A DNA stretch of 63,975 nt, counting the filler, from Octopus bimaculoides (lineage: Eukaryota), in the NCBI RefSeq assembly GCF_001194135.2. It is 5 parts of 5 records of this genome, joined end to end, with 100 filler letters (N's around TTAATTAATTAA, not from the genome) between each part and the next. Parts side by side here need not be neighbours in the genome. Positions count along the whole stretch, not along the records: positions 42,442 to 51,285 come from NC_068989.1; positions 51,386 to 62,662 come from NC_068991.1; positions 62,763 to 63,975 come from NW_026363117.1; 2 more parts are not named here. One strand, given 5' to 3'. Of this stretch, positions 49,660-63,084 are shown piece by piece (positions within the stretch are counted from its first letter, which is position 1; each line of letters starts with the position of its first letter). Made by a program: the position numbers and the translations under genes. The notes under the pieces were generated by a model that worked only from the letters and a program-made list of their open reading frames with translations, searched no databases and was not told the origin of the DNA.

Positions 49660-50048
49660 CTTGTTTCAGTGGCCATGCTGGGGTACCGTCTCGGAGGGTC
49701 TAATCGAATAAATCGACCCCAGCATTAATTTTTGTTGAAGTCTGAAACTTGTGTCAGTCCCTTTTTGCCAAACTGCTAGCTTACGAGGACATGGTGGGGG
49801 ACAAACACAAACAGTAAGCACACACACATACACAAACACACACACACATACACAAACACACACACACACACACACATATATATATGCGAAGGGCTTCTTT
49901 CAGTTTCCATCTACCAAATCCACTCACAAGGCTTTGGTCGGCCCGGTGTTATAGCAGAAGACACTTGCCCAAGGTACCACGCAGTGGGACTGAACCCGGA
50001 ACCATGTGGTGGGAAGCAAATGTATTATATTACCACGCAGCCACTCTT
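49660..50048 (-). mobile_element. SINE family B, near full length
   Basis: Reverse of GTGGCTGCGTGGTAA...GGGTTCAGTCCCACTGCGTGGTACCTTGGGCAAGTGTC; internal (CA)n; 3' region. Confidence 0.85.
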
Positions 50049-50557
50049 GTACCTCATAGATAAAAAGAAATTATCTCTTTGCAATCTTTATTTTAATTAA
50101 ATTCTTATATGCTAATTAGCTAATTAGTTACAAATAGTTTTATGTATAACATACTGGAAACAAGCTAACGAGAAATCCGCTACATGGTTGCTCGAAATAG
50201 CAGCGAAATCTCTCTGAAATCACTCCCTATTGCAGCAGCGTAGCGAGGAGGAGCAGCCCGCTCCGGGTGACGCTTTAATGAAAGCGGCACTTATGGGTCC
50301 GTTGTGTATACATGTATTGTCTTCTAGGAGGACGTTGGCAAACTCAAGATCTACCCTAGACGGTACATGTTCTAGCTATGGTGAAATGTTACAGTTTAAA
50401 TAAGGGAAAAAGAATGCGGTGAATAACGTAGCCTTACTGAAAAAGAACGATGTGGTGGCCACGGCTGGAATATTCTTGATCATGAGTCAACTCGACCGGG
50501 GCTAAACAGCAACATTCTACATACACTGTGGATTTATTTAAACCGTCGTCGTCGTCG

Positions 50558-50602
<45 letters not shown>

Positions 50603-50841
50603 CCACCATCTTCATCACGGAGGGACCTTCACCGAAACTGCCTTTAAAACAGACTAAATAATTATGGAAACGTTTCCAAAATACACACCGATATTGAATT
50701 CGTCGAAAAAGAAATGCGTTCTATGCTTCCATATTTATATATACTGACCACCATTCACTGTGAACACTTGGTTACATATTCAATGAGAAAATAGTTAAGT
50801 AATAATAATAAAAATATTAATAATTTCATATACATACATAC

Positions 50842-50905
<64 letters not shown>

Positions 50906-51285
50906 ATACACTGTGAAGTTTGACTCATAACCAAAGGTCAAGCACAATAAAATGTCCCATCCACATTCCACTCCCATACCTCGTGCAATACAACATGTGG
51001 GGCATCAAATCAGAAAGATTAACAACATAATATGTTTCAGCAAACAATTGTGTAATCCTTGCAGTAATTTGCCGAAACGCGCGTATGTTTTATAAAGCAT
51101 AAAATACCACATATGCTTTCTGTATTTTATTGACACCACACACACACACACACACACGCGCCAGCAAGCAAAAAAATATCTACTAGAAGAACTTCCGGCT
51201 GCCCTCTCGTGTTCAAAAATGGCAAGGATACATTGTATATTGTGGACCTAGATACACAAGGCTGGCGAAACTTTTGATGGAGGCA

Positions 51286-51385
51286 NNNNNNNNNNNNNNN
51301 NNNNNNNNNNNNNNNNNNNNNNNNNNNNNTTAATTAATTAANNNNNNNNNNNNNNNNNNNNNNNNNNNNNNNNNNNNNNNNNNNN
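51286..51385. other. Artificial 100-bp scaffold join spacer
   Basis: N44-TTAATTAATTAA-N44. Confidence 0.95.
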
Positions 51386-52180
51386 ACACACATATGCACT
51401 CAAGCACATATGTGTAAACACACGCACACACACGCATAGATATATATTTGTATATATGCATGCGTATAATTAATATATATATATATATATATATATGCAT
51501 ATAAATGTATATGCAAATACATACACGCTTACAGGTATACAAATATGTATACGTTGGTGCGTGCGTGTGTGTGTGTGTGTGTGTGTGGGTCTGTGTGTGT
51601 GTGTGTGTTTGTGTGTGTGTGTATGCTTATATGTATAGACTTACATATTTACATACAGACAAAAGCACACAGACAAAAGCACACAGACAGACACCACTTC
51701 TACGCCTCTGTATGCGTGTGGGTGAGTTTATTTTGAGATGTGTGTACGTTAGTACATATATACAAATACCAATAATAGTTGTTTTGTCTCGGTTATTTAA
51801 TCGTTGCCCGCTTTTACTCTTTTGTTATTTCTTACGTTCGGAATTTCACAGAGCCGAGATGAGATTCTGGAACCGAAGTCTTTGTTGCAAGTTCAATTCC
51901 TGGGTTAATGATTTGTGTTTATTAGTGGTTTTACCCTTATAGTTAAACCATGTGAAATTATTTAAGATTTCATTCGCTTAACCCACTTGTTATACATAAT
52001 TTTTATACAACTGTATGAATGAATATATAAACAAAAGAAACGAATAGATTTCAGCTACAATGGTGCATCAACATTTACACGACCAATCTTTATTTCGATC
52101 TTTTGATGTCTTATCAACAGCTTTTAAACTTTAATGGATATATGAACATACTTAGAAATACTACTTACCGTAGGGTTTAG

Positions 52181-52519
52181 GTTCTCAACTTGGCGGTAAC
52201 ACCCCCCCCCACCACCACCACTAAGGAAACGCTGGGCATGTCTAAGTGGGGCGTTAGGCTTTAGAGGGCGGTGAGTAGCCGGTGCAGTAACATAATTAAC
52301 ATACTAATATGAAGTAAATTTACAATTTTTGTCTTTATTAATTTTTTATCATTTCACTGTTGAAATCTAATCCAATCAATTTTTAGGGTAAAATTTATAA
52401 ATATCATCCATATTAAGTTAGTTTAGTCGTGATAATTCACTCAGTACTTAGGTGGGCGCTAGGCATAACCTCTACTTAAAAGGGGGCGTTACAAAAACGA
52501 AAAACCTTAAGAACTACTG
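52181..52519. mobile_element. Possible hAT/Charlie-like MITE
   Basis: Left TAGGTTCTCAACTTGG and right AACCTTAAGAACTACTG resemble decayed CAGTGGTTCTCAACCT-type TIRs. Confidence 0.4.
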
Positions 52520-52819
52520 CAGTAGAGGAACTTGTGACTCATCATTTAAATATCTCAATGTTCTAACATTTTCTTCTCTGTGCGCCAAATGAACTCCTGG
52601 AGAGAGAAGGAATGAGAAATTGGTATTGCCTTGAGTGAAGAGAAAGGTGGTATGAACACGAGCAAGAGGCTGTGGGGGAAAATAGGAATTATAGGATTTT
52701 AAGGGATTTCTCGATAAAGACTGACCATATTATTGAAGAATATCAGATATGGTTTTATCTTTTAGAACTTTGTGAAGAGGCGTCACATGGCAATTTAAAA
52801 ACTTAATAATAATTATTTC

Positions 52820-53015
52820 TACTCTAGGCACAAGGCCTTGAAACTTTTAGGGGAAGGAGGCTAGTCGATTATATCGACCCCACTGCGTAACTGGTACTTA
52901 TTTCATCGACCCCAAAAAGATGAAAGGCTAAGTCGAACTCGGCGGAATTTAAACTCAGAATGTAACGGCAGACGAAATACCGGTAAGCATTGCACCCGGC
53001 GTGCTAACGATTCTG
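52820..53015 (-). mobile_element. SINE family A copy
   Basis: CTAGTCGATTATATCGACCCC...TTTAAACTCAGAATG...GTGCTAACGATTCTGCTAGCTC. Confidence 0.85.
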
Positions 53016-53039
53016 CTAGCTCACTCTCTATAATAATAA

Positions 53040-53690
53040 TAAAGTGCCAGAGAATACTGATAAGGTAACTAACGAAGACTATCAAGTTGGACAAGTGACA
53101 GAAAGTACTGCACAAACGGGAATGATGAAGAGAAGGAGATTTTAGAAATGTTGCGAGATAAAATGTCTCATGGGAACAATGAAGTATCACCAAATGTAGT
53201 ATATATGGACGGAAAAGGGTGAGGAGAGCTACAGGCAAAATAAATGGCGTTTTAAGCTTGATTAATACACAGCATCAGTGAAACCAACCAGCTGATCGTA
53301 GCTGCTGCTAATGTCGTTGCTAACAAGCGAAAAACTGAAGATATAAAAGGAAACGAAAAGAAAGAACCAAACTGGAGGAAGAGAATACAAATGAAGCTGG
53401 AAAAGACACGGAAAGAACTGGGGTCATTGAATAGGATAATGAGAGGAGAGCTCAAGAACAAGGTAGTAATCAGAAAAGTAATGGACAATACAAGTTAGAA
53501 GGGGAAAACAAACAGTACATGAAGAATTGACAAAAAAGCTGACATCATTAAAGGCCAAATTGAAAAGATTTGATACTAGATGCAAAGGTTTCGAACAGAA
53601 AACACTGTTCCAATCAAATAGAAGGCATCATTTTGAGGAAATAGAGGGAGGCCAATATCAGGAACTGATTCCAGCAAGGATTATCAAGAA
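53040..53690 (+). mobile_element. R4/Dong ORF N-terminal (pre-RT) remnant
   Basis: ISETNQLIVAAANVV...KEPNWRKRIQMKLEKTRKEL. Confidence 0.6.
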
Positions 53691-53869
53691 TTGATATTGG
53701 ATTACGATAGATTTTCCTTCTTACATCGCAGTTAAAACGCAGCCGATGAAACTCAAAACAACAAAACCGTAATGGTAATAGTATATGATTTTTAACATTA
53801 GTTCAATTTAATCCAGACGTTAAATTGGTGTCTCTAAAAACCTGAAGATATTTTTTCTTAGTCATAACA

Positions 53870-54240
53870 GAAAATGTCTACAGGCATGAAAGAGTTGGAA
53901 ATGTTATATACTGGCACTTATGTCCACATTACAAACTTTTGACAGAAAAGAAAAGGTCACAAAGAATGAGAAAGAGACCATACTCCGGGATACGACAATC
54001 ACACAGACAAAAGAAGATCAAGACTATAAAGAGAATATTATTGTCAGTTTCTACCATGACAGAAAGTGCCGTCTAATCGAAATATTCTCAAGAGAGTATA
54101 ATGGTTCTCTTTAATGGTTCTCTTAAAAGAAAAAGAGAAATTATCTAAATATAAAGAATAGAAAAGGTAACGATTGGAAGCAGAAATAATCTCCACAATA
54201 TGAAAGGTTCTGGAATGTTTAAAACAAGAAATAAACATGT
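53870..54240 (+). mobile_element. R4/Dong RLE-domain remnant
   Basis: RHERVGNVIYWHLC...EKVTKNEKETILRDTTI...KCRLIEI. Confidence 0.6.
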
Positions 54241-54294
54241 ACATAACCTAAAGCCTACTTATGTGTATGTGTGCCTGTATGTGTGTATATATAC

Positions 54295-55450
54295 GACTCG
54301 GAGTTAAAGAGCTGTTCAACAACTCAAATGTGGACGTGATATATCTCGACTTTGCAAAAGTCCACCATGGTATGTCACAAGTTCCGTCATCTCGGCATAG
54401 TCGAAAATATGCGCACATGACTTTCTAAAAGTCAACGGGGCAACCTCAAAGGAAGCGCAAATAATCAGTGGTGCCCCACTGGGCACTGTCTTGGAGCCAC
54501 TGATATTCAAAGCAATCCTCTCAGACATGCTCTCAGCTGCTCAGATAGCCACCCTTGCTAGTTATGCATATGATATCTCAGAGGACCCTGGAGATGTTGC
54601 GTATCTGCGACAAGAGCTGGAAGCAATATACAGGTGAACTGAGGAAAATTGCAGGCAGTTTAATGCTAGAATATCCCAAGACCTGCGCTACTAATACACA
54701 AAGCTGAATGAAAAGCGGACAGGATTCACTGGCCCAGGAAAGCCTGCAATCCCTGAATCAAATTCCGTGCCTGACCTGGGTATCGACATGAGCAATGATG
54801 CATCTTTCGAGGTGCATATTACTAAGTTAACAATAAAATTCAGATGGTTGGCCGGATAGATACTAATAACTTTCAGAACGATAAAACAGGAAACTATGAT
54901 GGTCCTATGGGGAACATTTGTTCGCAGCCATTTACATTACTACTCCCAACTATGATCACCACACTGTAAAATTAACGACGGAACTCGAAGCAACCCTGTG
55001 AAGCTACAGAAACAAGATCATCTCAATGCAACATGTCAGCTAATGAGAAAGACTGAACAAGTTTGGCTTCTACTCCCTAGAACGAAAGCGGGAAAGATAT
55101 GTAGTTATATATATCTGGATGATCCAGGAAGAACTTGTACCTAACTCTGACATTGTAAGTTACACAAACAGCAAAACGGGGCGCTACTATATAGCACCAA
55201 AAATCCCAACATTTCCATCAGGATACAGGACCAAACACTGCAACAGATTGGGTTTCAATGGTTTACAATTTTTCAATATCCTCCCACAAAGCCTCAGAGG
55301 CTTACATGGTGTGGGTATGGTGTGCAGATGAGGGCAACATCAAACACCCTCATTCATCGAGTGCAGCAAAGCAGAGGTTTAATGAAAGTGTGACAAAGAT
55401 AACAGCAGTGTCCCAAATGGGCTGCACCTCTCGAGCTGAAACTAATAAAG
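54295..55450 (+). mobile_element. CR1-like LINE remnant to 3' end
   Basis: NVDVIYLDFAK, SGAPLGTVLEPLIF, LASYA.D, FYSLERKRERY, FNGLQFFNILP; paralogous to 9972-10925. Confidence 0.88.
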
Positions 55451-55664
55451 AATATATGTGTGCGTGTGTGTATGAGAGAGAGAGATAGAGTGTGTGAGTG
55501 TGCTTACACACAGACACACAGACACACACATAATACGCATGTATATGCGCACACACATGCACTCAAACACACACACATACGCACATACGTACACGTCCGT
55601 GTGAGCTTGAGATTTTGAGAGGGGGGAGAGAACGGGAGATAAGTGACAAGAGAAAGACATTATT

Positions 55665-55705
55665 CAGTGTTAGTGGTTGCAGTGGCGGTGGTGGCGGTGG
55701 AAGTG

Positions 55706-55739
<34 letters not shown>

Positions 55740-55765
55740 CGGTGGTGGTGGTGGTGGTGGTAGTT

Positions 55766-55828
<63 letters not shown>

Positions 55829-55972
55829 AGATAAATTGGCAGTGACATAGAATTTGTTTTCCGAGGATAATCAAAGACATTTGTTAAACATTAAAAACTG
55901 CTACACTTTCACTTTGTTCCGTTCCGTATTCCTTAACCTATTAACATTATTATTGCTGTTGATGTTGTTGTG

Positions 55973-56027
<55 letters not shown>

Positions 56028-56419
56028 CATTATTATTATTATTATCTTGTTATCTTGTATTTTTGCTTTTGTTCTTTTTTTCCCTAAAAATCTTTGATAT
56101 TTTCCTTTTCTTTGTGTTTTATATTTTCATGTTGATACATTCCACCCATCACATACACACTCGCATCGGTCTGTTATACCCCCAACCCCACACTAGACCG
56201 CCATAAGCCCTACACAGCTATCACCATTGTCATCATCATCATCATCATCAACATCATCACCACAACTACCACCACCATCATCATCATCATTGACAGAGGC
56301 GTTGTAATCGTCTTCATCATCACAATCATCATCATCATCAGCAGCAGCAGCAGCATCATCGACAGGGACTTGTCTTTGACTTCATAATCATCACAAGCAC
56401 CACTATCATCAACTTAACA

Positions 56420-56450
<31 letters not shown>

Positions 56451-56560
56451 CGTCGCCATGGCCGTCGTCGTTATCACCATCGCGACATGGACGTGGTCGT
56501 CGTCTTCTTCATCGTCATCATCATCAACATAATGATCATCGTCAGTCACTTGCCAATAAG
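55665..56560. repeat. Cluster of trinucleotide microsatellites: (GGT)/(AGT)n, (TAT)n, decayed (CAT)/(CGT)n
   Basis: Direct reading. Confidence 0.9.
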
Positions 56561-56596
56561 TTCAGATTAGCTTTATCACACACTCACAAGGATGCT

Positions 56597-56641
<45 letters not shown>

Positions 56642-56810
56642 GTTTGTGTGTATATATGTGTGTATAAACAAAGAAATAGACAAATAGACAGACAGACAGA
56701 AGTCAGACAGAAGACAGACATAGAANNNNNNNNNNCAGACAGACAGAAGTCAGACAGAAGACAGACATAGAAAGACAAACAGGTAGACAGAGTGACAGAC
56801 AGACAGATAA

Positions 56811-56845
<35 letters not shown>

Positions 56846-56904
56846 CAGAGAGACAGAGAAAGAGAGAGAGAGCTACTATTTTGGGGCAGCTTCATCTAGA
56901 TCGA

Positions 56905-57110
56905 AAGTAGCACCATGCCTGACATGTTAGAAACGTTAGAACATGGTAAAGATCTCTTGTAGCATTTGTTCCCGCCTTATGTGTACTGAGTTCGAAAACC
57001 CTAACCTCAGTTTTGCCTTTCAGATTTCTGGGGTCGATAAAATTACCAGTCAAGTACTGGGGTTGATGGCATCAACTAACATCCCTCATCTCAAGATTGC
57101 TAAATTCACA
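56905..57110 (+). mobile_element. SINE family A copy
   Basis: GTTAGAAACGTTAG...CTGAGTTCGAAA...TTTGCCTTTCA...GGGGTCGATAAAATTA. Confidence 0.65.
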
Positions 57111-57510
57111 AATGATTATTGTATAAAAGCGCTGGATTAGCGTTCGAAAAACTGTCTCGTTTGAAGAAGCAACAGTACAAGTAAACAAAGAAATAAAATA
57201 AACTAAATTGTGACGTGAATGATCAGAAAGCTGTGTGCTAATACTGAACATATTTTACCTATAATTATTACTTGAGCATACACAACATTCACCTATAGTT
57301 TACACGCATACATAAATACATACATATATACATATATATACATATATATATTCAGCCATGTAACGATACACGTGCTTTTCTCGGGCTATCCGCTCCTTTC
57401 TCCTTTTCCTCCTCTCGGAAATGTTTCCTTTTTCCGACGATGACACCAAGCCCGAAACATCAACTTCTGCTAATTGTCTATCTAAATGTTTCACAGAGCG
57501 TCAACCTATA

Positions 57511-57551
<41 letters not shown>

Positions 57552-58060
57552 NNNNNNNNNNNNNNNNNNNNNNNNNNNNNNNNNNNNNNNNNNNNNNNNN
57601 NNNNNNNNNNNNNNNNNNNNNNNNNNNNNNNNNNNNNNNNNNNNNNNNNNNNNNNNNNNNNNNNNNNNNNNNNNNNNNNNNNNNNNNNNNNNNNNNNNNN
57701 NNNNNNNNNNNNNNNNNNNNNNNNNNNNNNNNNNNNNNNNNNNNNNNNNNNNNNNNNNNNNNNNNNNNNNNNNNNNNNNNNNNNNNNNNNNNNNNNNNNN
57801 NNNNNNNNNNNNNNNNNNNNNNNNNNNNNNNNNNNNNNNNNNNNNNNNNNNNNNNNNNNNNNNNNNNNNNNNNNNNNNNNNNNNNNNNNNNNNNNNNNNN
57901 NNNNNNNNNNNNNNNNNNNNNNNNNNNNNNNNNNNNNNNNNNNNNNNNNNNNNNNNNNNNNNNNNNNNNNNNNNNNNNNNNNNNNNNNNNNNNNNNNNNN
58001 NNNNNNNNNNNNNNNNNNNNNNNNNNNNNNNNNNNNNNNNNNNNNNNNNNNNNNNNNNNN

Positions 58061-58108
<48 letters not shown>

Positions 58109-58827
58109 TCCCTCTCAGGAACACACGCACATCTATATATACGTATATATACAGATACATGGGCACATACACACGTACAATCATTATGCATGTATATGCA
58201 TATATATATGCGTGTGTGCGTGCGTGTTTGCACCCACGAATCTTTGCCGATATTAATGTTAAACATATCAAATACCTCATGTATGTATGACCGCCAGAAT
58301 AAAATTAACTAAGAAAATAACAAGATCCTTAACAAAAGAGAGAACGCTTTGATGAATACAGCACAACAACGACAATAACAACAACAACATCTATTACTAT
58401 TACTACTATCACTACTACAAGAAAAACAGCTGAATAACAAGTAAAACGAAAAACAAGCCACGGTGTTAACATCACAGAACTCTGACAGACCTTTTAACAA
58501 AAAGCACCACAGGAACATCAACAAAATACTACAACTGTAGCTCGAGACGAAAAGTAAAAGAATAAACCAATAAATATATACAAAATGAATCAAAGGATGG
58601 CAAGAAAACAAACAAAAAAAAAGAAGATAGAAAGAAAGTTACAAAGAACGAAAGTAAGAATGAAAGGAAGGAAGGAAGAAAAGGAAGAAAAGAAAAAAAG
58701 AAAGAAAGTAAAAAACAAAAACGCGTATATCCTGCACGCATTCATATTAGCATTTACGTATATGACAACATGGATACTGAATTACGTTGACACAAATATG
58801 TACATAAGGAAAGCAGAGAGTACAGAA

Positions 58828-58880
<53 letters not shown>

Positions 58881-59494
58881 NNNNNNNNNNNNNNNNNNNN
58901 NNNNNNNNNNNNNNNNNNNNNNNNNNNNNNNNNNNNNNNNNNNNNNNNNNNNNNNNNNNNNNNNNNNNNNNNNNNNNNNNNNNNNNNNNNNNNNNNNNNN
59001 NNNNNNNNNNNNNNNNNNNNNNNNNNNNNNNNNNNNNNNNNNNNNNNNNNNNNNNNNNNNNNNNNNNNNNNNNNNNNNNNNNNNNNNNNNNNNNNNNNNN
59101 NNNNNNNNNNNNNNNNNNNNNNNNNNNNNNNNNNNNNNNNNNNNNNNNNNNNNNNNNNNNNNNNNNNNNNNNNNNNNNNNNNNNNNNNNNNNNNNNNNNN
59201 NNNNNNNNNNNNNNNNNNNNNNNNNNNNNNNNNNNNNNNNNNNNNNNNNNNNNNNNNNNNNNNNNNNNNNNNNNNNNNNNNNNNNNNNNNNNNNNNNNNN
59301 NNNNNNNNNNNNNNNNNNNNNNNNNNNNNNNNNNNNNNNNNNNNNNNNNNNNNNNNNNNNNNNNNNNNNNNNNNNNNNNNNNNNNNNNNNNNNNNNNNNN
59401 NNNNNNNNNNNNNNNNNNNNNNNNNNNNNNNNNNNNNNNNNNNNNNNNATATATATATACATGTGAATATAATACGTACGTGCGCGCACAAATA

Positions 59495-59538
<44 letters not shown>

Positions 59539-60124
59539 CATATATCATGGACGCAAAAGTGGCTTATTTAGTTAAAGACTTCGATTCACATCCATAAATT
59601 CCCAGATCGAAACCCTTGCATGGCATCTTAAGAAAGTATCTGTATATATAGCATGTATTTGACCCTTGTGAATATAAATAAGTAGTTGTCTGTCGTGTAG
59701 AACTCTGTCGAGTATATTGAGTACCTGTAATCTAAAAGTCCAGTCTTCTCACATGCTGATTCTACTTGAGAATCATGTTAAAAGTACACATGTCTGTGAA
59801 ATAGCCACTTCGCACTTTCATTTAATGCTCATGCCATCTTTTTCGATCAACTCTCTTCTTGTCTCCCGAAAAAGAAAAGAAAAGGTAAAACATAGGCGAC
59901 ACACCAACACGAGAGAATTATTGTTTCTTCACATTCACTCTCGCGTTCATTCAGAGTCGGCCACAGTCGACACTAAGCAGTTGTTTACTTTCTATTCAAA
60001 GAAACTAAATTCAATAACTCAGAGAAGTTATCGCTTTCAATCTTTGATATATTTTTGTTATTCTGTGATATTCAAATTCATATCATTGGTCTCTTTTAGT
60101 TATTTCTCTTACGTTGTGTGGTAA

Positions 60125-60515
60125 GAAGGCGTAGATGTGGCTGTGTAGTAAGAAGCTTGCTTTCCAATCAGATGGTTCCGGGTTCCATCCATCTGTGTGG
60201 CACCTTGGGCAAGTGTCTTCTACTGTAGACTCGGGCCGACCAAAGCCTTCTGAGTGGATTTGGTAGACAGACACTGAAAGAAACCCGTCGTATATGTATA
60301 TATGCTTATGTGTGTCTTTGTGCCTGTGTTTGTCATCCCCCATCTCTTGACAACCGATGTTGGTGTGTTTACAAACTCGTAACATTAGCAATTCGACAAA
60401 AGAGTCCGATAGATTAAGTACTGGACTTACAAAGAATAAGTCCTAGGGACGATTTCTTCGACTAACACCCTTTAAGGCAGTGCTTCATGGCCGGAGTCAA
60501 ATGACTGAAACTAGT
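60125..60515 (+). mobile_element. SINE family B, full length
   Basis: GTGGCTGTGTAGTAAG, GGGTTCCATCC, CACCTTGGGCAAGTGTC (CORE-like), ...AAATGACTGAAACTAGTAAAAGA. Confidence 0.88.
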
Positions 60516-60554
60516 AAAAGACTAAAATGAAGGAATATATATACTCTCCTTCTC

Positions 60555-60890
60555 TCTCTTTACTTGTTTCAGTCATTTGACTTCAGCCATGCTGGAGCAC
60601 TGCCTTTAGTCGAGCAAATCGACCCCAGGACTTATTCTTTATAAACTTAGTACTTATTCTATCGGTCTATTTTGCCGAAACAGGGACGTAAACACACCAG
60701 CATTGGTATCAAGCGATGCTGGGGGGACAAACACAGACACACAAACACATACATATGAATACATATGCATATATACGACGGGCTTCTTTCAGTTTCTGTC
60801 TACCAAATCCACTCACAAGGCTTTGGTCGGCCCGAGGCTATAGTAGAAGACACATGGTGCCACGCAGTGGGACTGAACCCAGAACCACTC
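60555..60890 (-). mobile_element. SINE family B, inverted relative to the 60125 copy
   Basis: The reverse complement aligns with 60170-60515 along its length. Confidence 0.88.
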
Positions 60891-61534
60891 CATAATCATA
60901 AACAAGGCAAATTTTAGCCAATTCTTCGCAGACTGAAAATATGATGAACCAGCTTAATCGATTTTCGAACCTTATTGGTTTCTTCTCAGAGGTGTCTACA
61001 TTATTCTGACAGAGAAACAAGCAGTCAAACTGTTTATATACTCAACAAATGCAGCAGTTATTCTATAAAGGAGTTCCTAATTTGCATGCTTAGGAAAGCT
61101 GGTTATAAACGTCAAATTAAGTACAACAAAACTAACAATGATTTTTCTAATCATACCAGTAGTTATATGGATAAGAATTTCAATAAAGACACTAAAAAAT
61201 CCACACTCCATCATAAATTAGAACGCCCTGGCACGCAACTTAATTCTATGAATAATAATAATAATACTCATAAAGATAACTTGACCATAAAACAAAAATT
61301 TTTTTAACTACAATGGATCAATTAATAAGACTTTTACTAACCAGATAATTACCAATACCAATATTGCTAATAATATAACTAATTGTAATGTTACAGACAG
61401 TAATTACGGGAAAAACATTAACATAGCTAGAAATATTAACATGAAACAAAGTCTTTTTACAAACAAATCTTCTCCTATTTCATCACATCCTCTTAATAAC
61501 TCACATAAATGCATAACCAATTTCAATGATGCTC

Positions 61535-61607
<73 letters not shown>

Positions 61608-62464
61608 GAGGTAAAAAGAAACCTATATCATATATTGAAATGGGTGACCCGTCTAATACAAGCCACCATACCAATAAGAAACACAACAGTAACATCATTT
61701 GGATTATATTTCCGTTTGCTAAACATTTGAAGTCTAATTTTAATAAGTCTATTTGTTCCATTATTAAATCAAACTTTAGTAACTCTAGGTATGCTAAGAT
61801 ATTTAATAAAAAAATGATTAGATTTGGTTTTTCTGTTTCTCCCAACTTATTTAGGATTATTTCTTCCCTTAACAATAGAAAATTAAATCATTACTACAAT
61901 GAATTAACATCCTCTACTACAAATACTAACCTCAATTATTCCAGTAGCTCCGTATCTAATACTAGCAATTCTCACACTCACACTACCCCTATCTCTATTA
62001 ATACATATACACATAATAATAGAACATCTAATATTAATAATAATTGTAACTGTAGAAACCCAAACACCTATGAGGTTAAAGGTAATTGTAAAAAGAAAAA
62101 TGCAGTGTATAACGCTACTGTTATAACCCATGATCTCTCTAAGATTCATTATATAGGTTGTACATAGACCTCTTTTAAATTACGTCTGAATAATTATAAA
62201 TCATCATTTAATGATCCTTGGAAAGAAAGTAATACTAGTATATCAAAAAAGGTCTGGCAACTTAAAAGCGATAACATAAATTTCTCAATTTCTTGCAATA
62301 TTATTTCTTCTGCTCCTTCTTATAGGATTAGCAATAGAACTTGCTTGTTATGCCTAGAAGAGTCTTATATAATTATGAAGATGAAGGGTTCTATCTTAAA
62401 TTCGAGAAATGAGAGAGTGTTTTCTTGTAAACATATGTCTAAATTTCTTTTCATTAAACCTTAA
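60890..62464 (+). mobile_element. Penelope-like element remnant (RT C-terminus, Asn-rich linker, GIY-YIG endonuclease)
   Basis: NIIWIIFPF...FNKKMIRFGFSVSPNL; NCNCRNP..VKGNCKKKNAVY...HYIGCT*TSFKLRLNNYKSSF...TSISKKVWQLK...CLLCLEE...LNSRNE...CKH. Confidence 0.9.
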
Positions 62465-62628
62465 ATAGCTTTTTATTGATAACCCCATTTTCTTCTAATT
62501 GGTTCTTATTCTACTTATCCCTCTTTAATTCGTTATATTATACCCGCTACTTGCATATAAACTGCACACACATGTATACGTCTCCATCTGTGCATATGTC
62601 TATATCTGTATATGTATACTTGTATATA

Positions 62629-62662
<34 letters not shown>

Positions 62663-62762
62663 NNNNNNNNNNNNNNNNNNNNNNNNNNNNNNNNNNNNNN
62701 NNNNNNTTAATTAATTAANNNNNNNNNNNNNNNNNNNNNNNNNNNNNNNNNNNNNNNNNNNN
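62663..62762. other. Artificial 100-bp scaffold join spacer
   Basis: N44-TTAATTAATTAA-N44. Confidence 0.95.
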
Positions 62763-63084
62763 GTGATTCACTGAGAAGCTTGTCCATGTCTCTTAGTAGG
62801 CAAAGATTTAATTCAGGGCCTGCACTTTAGATAAACGTACATGAATCCTACCTTCACATGAAAAGAGAGAATCTCTATTTTTGCTCTTGATACTTGCGAA
62901 ATAAGGAAAAGTTTAGGGAGATTTGCTTTCTTTTACCTATCATCAGATATAGCTAAATTTAGGGATGATTTGGTTGCTATTTCTAGTATTTCATTTTACA
63001 ACCTAGAAGTTTCTCTTGGTGGCACATACACATCTACATACAAGCCATGTTTGCACCAAATGTACATACATACATATGTGCACC

